In this document: positions 61,900 to 64,000 of the stretch, piece after piece
Layout: each line of letters begins with the position of its first letter
Numbering within the stretch: the first letter of the stretch is position 1
NCBI GenBank assembly: GCA_008632985.1
Contig: QPGO01000017.1
Coordinates: 496,001 to 560,000, forward strand
Direction of reading: 5' to 3'
Length of the DNA stretch: 64,000 nucleotides
Source: Psammoneis japonica
Lineage: Eukaryota
Notes under the pieces: generated by a model
Told to the model about the DNA's origin: nothing
Seen by the model: only the letters and a program-made list of their open reading frames with translations
Database searches by the model: none
Program-made: the position numbers and the translations under genes

Positions 61900-62808
61900 A
61901 TGCCATCTTTGGAAGAATTTCGAGAGAGCTTCTCAACAGCCTCGTCAAGAACTTTGGACAGAGCGAAATCAGCAATGGGAATCGAACCAAAAGAGAGCGA
62001 CGCCGCGTCTGATATGCTTGAGGAGTTATCGGAGTACTGCCCAAAACTTACCTTTCAACAGGTGAGTGTTTTAAAAAGGTAATGGCTACTGTTACAGTCG
62101 GATCCTTTTTCATCGGATGATTGATGTCTTGCGCTCTATTGCTCACTTCTTCGTTCATATTTGGTGAAAAGAGACTGATTGGGTTCGCTTCGTGCTTTGG
62201 ATTGGGATGTATGTATTCGTTTGCTTTCAACCTGCTCGTTTTTCTGATTATAGCGTTCCTCATCCTTTCTTTCGTTATTGTTGCTGTTGTTGTCCCTCGT
62301 GTTCTGTACAAACAGATTTAATAACATTCACGTCCTTTAGCTTCTTCATTGAGCTGGTCGAGGGGGATCCCATTCCGTTTGTTAGCGTATACACCATGGG
62401 GAATGTGTTGGCGCTGCTTTCTTCCATGTTCCTTGTCGGGCCAAAGCGACAATTCAAGTACGTTCAATTGATGCGGAATAACTGCAGAACTCGTTTGCAT
62501 TCTTTTCTTGAGTTGGAGCTCACGTTTCTTTTGATGCAATGCACAGAAACATGTTTGACAAAAAGAGAAAGTGGACTTCTGTGATTTATCTGTCGTGTCT
62601 TTTTGTCACTCTGGTTGTCATTTTCATTCCACTGCCAACGGGGCTAAAGTTGTTTCTCATGCTAGTCTTGCTCATTGCACAATTCTGCGCAAGCGTGTGG
62701 TACTCTCTGTCATATATCCCCTATGGTCGACGGACAGCTGCATCATGCCTCAAGAAAGCTGTGGGACTCGATGGATATGATAATGTCAGTAATAACGAGG
62801 TGGTTTGA
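61900..62808 (+). CDS. SFT2: Vesicle transport protein SFT2 (Got1/Sft2 family), 4 exons
   Basis: LTFQQ/RLIGFASCFGLG, YTMGNVLALLSSMFLVGPKRQFK/NMFDKKR, WYSLSYIPYGR; GT-AG introns. Confidence 0.92.
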
Positions 62809-63180
62809 TTCATTGATCGCACGCTCCTAAACGTCGTCTGCTGACTCTACCTGTGCCTGGTTTGGAGTGAGTTCCGCCCGGCAAAAGTATCTTGCAACGA
62901 CGGCTTGATGTTTGAGGTGAATACATCTTGGCCCTTGTCTTCCATTGTAGTCTATCGTTTATCCATAGCGATGACAAAGCAAAGTCGCCAAGGAGCGGAC
63001 TAAAAATGAGCGGATGCATGACGGACAATGAACTCAGGTGCGCGCAGCTAGCTAGGTGACAGTTTTCGCGCGATAAAAATCCCGGAATCTGGATTTGCGG
63101 ATCCCAGATCCCAGATCTTTTCGTCGTCAGACGCAATCACAATGATGTTCTGACACCTGACACGTTGTCGTGGACGAGGG

Positions 63181-64000
63181 ATGCACATACTCTTCATGGT
63201 ATCAGCTGCTCCGCTGCCCTCGTTTATGAGATTCGGACTGCTGCTTTTCAGTTTTCTGGTATTTGGAACGAACGATACAATGGCTTTCCGCCTCCCAAAC
63301 AGCTTTACGACGTTTGCTCGTTTCGCCACGAAAAAGACCAAGTACTTGGCCACGAGAACGCCCAGAATAGCTGGTACAGGTATGTACTCGGAATTTCCAC
63401 CTCGAGATACGAGAAATACAAATCTTTTAACGAGGCATGCGTCGGGTGACAAGCATAATGAGGTTCATGGCGTACAACGAAACGAAGAAACGAGCGACGC
63501 CTTAGAAGCGCCTGTGTCGAGAGCCGGGTTCTTTGGCAATCTCATTCCCGTTGCCATGGCGCCTTTGGGTGTCGTCTTTGGAGTTGTTGCGCTAGGCTTG
63601 GGCCTACTTTATGCGAAACAAGATAATTTGTTGTACATACCTGGTGAGTGCTGCGGGCCAAGGTGCAAAAAAGAACGAGCCGAGATCTTGGTCTCATCAT
63701 GTTGTCTCCCTGCGATCGATTACATACGTTCTTCAATGTACGGTACTATTGTTTTCAACAGAAATCGGAGGCCTTACTCGAGACAATAACAATAACCCCC
63801 CAGGATATCGAAGCCCTGCCGAATACAAGTCTTTACGATTTGAGACTCATTACATCGAATCCAAAGATGGTGTTTCGATTCACTCTTGGTTGTTGTTGCA
63901 ACCAAGAAAGGCGCCAACCATTATTTTCTTTCACGGAAACGCCGGAAATATTGGAATTCGAATCCCGAACGCCGTTGAAATGTACGAGAACCTGGGTGCC
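63181..64000 (+). CDS. BEM46/ABHD13-family alpha/beta hydrolase, 5' part (runs off the window; start uncertain; intron ~63643-63760)
   Basis: TM helix then LYAKQDNLLYIP/EIGG..SKDGVSIHSWLL..PTIIFFHGNAGNIGIRIPNA. Confidence 0.88.

Overview
Eukaryotic DNA, most likely from a diatom or other stramenopile (inferred from gene content, short GT-AG introns and diatom-type Ty1/Copia elements). Compact intact genes alternate with four sharply bounded degraded blocks (~1.8-5.9, ~8.35-10.6, ~13.6-43.9 and ~50.4-58.35 kb). The intact genes are RNA pol III subunit RPC5, a nucleotide-sugar transporter, tRNA-Ser, a 2OG-Fe(II) oxygenase, a SAM methyltransferase, an HGDPL-repeat protein, RPL15, RPL28, an MFS transporter, a USP8-dimer/MIT-like protein, an XRCC2-like protein, SFT2 and BEM46/ABHD13. 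The blocks hold two full-length Copia LTR retrotransposons, a ~190-bp tandem array and pseudogenised host genes (MUS81-like, PPR, and a duplicate of the methyltransferase). Main observation: inside these blocks TpA has been almost erased by A:T->G:C transitions (TA->TG and TA->CA) on both strands. Direct support comes from the intact versus decayed methyltransferase copies, systematic Tyr->Cys/His changes in conserved retroelement and host motifs, and reciprocal TG/CA differences between the two LTRs of one element, which date those changes to after integration. The youngest element has lost TpA while keeping most CpG, so this is not ordinary 5mC decay. It looks like a repeat/heterochromatin-targeted A-to-G hypermutation process, roughly a mirror image of fungal RIP. 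The enzyme responsible is not visible in this window, and all counts were made by eye.
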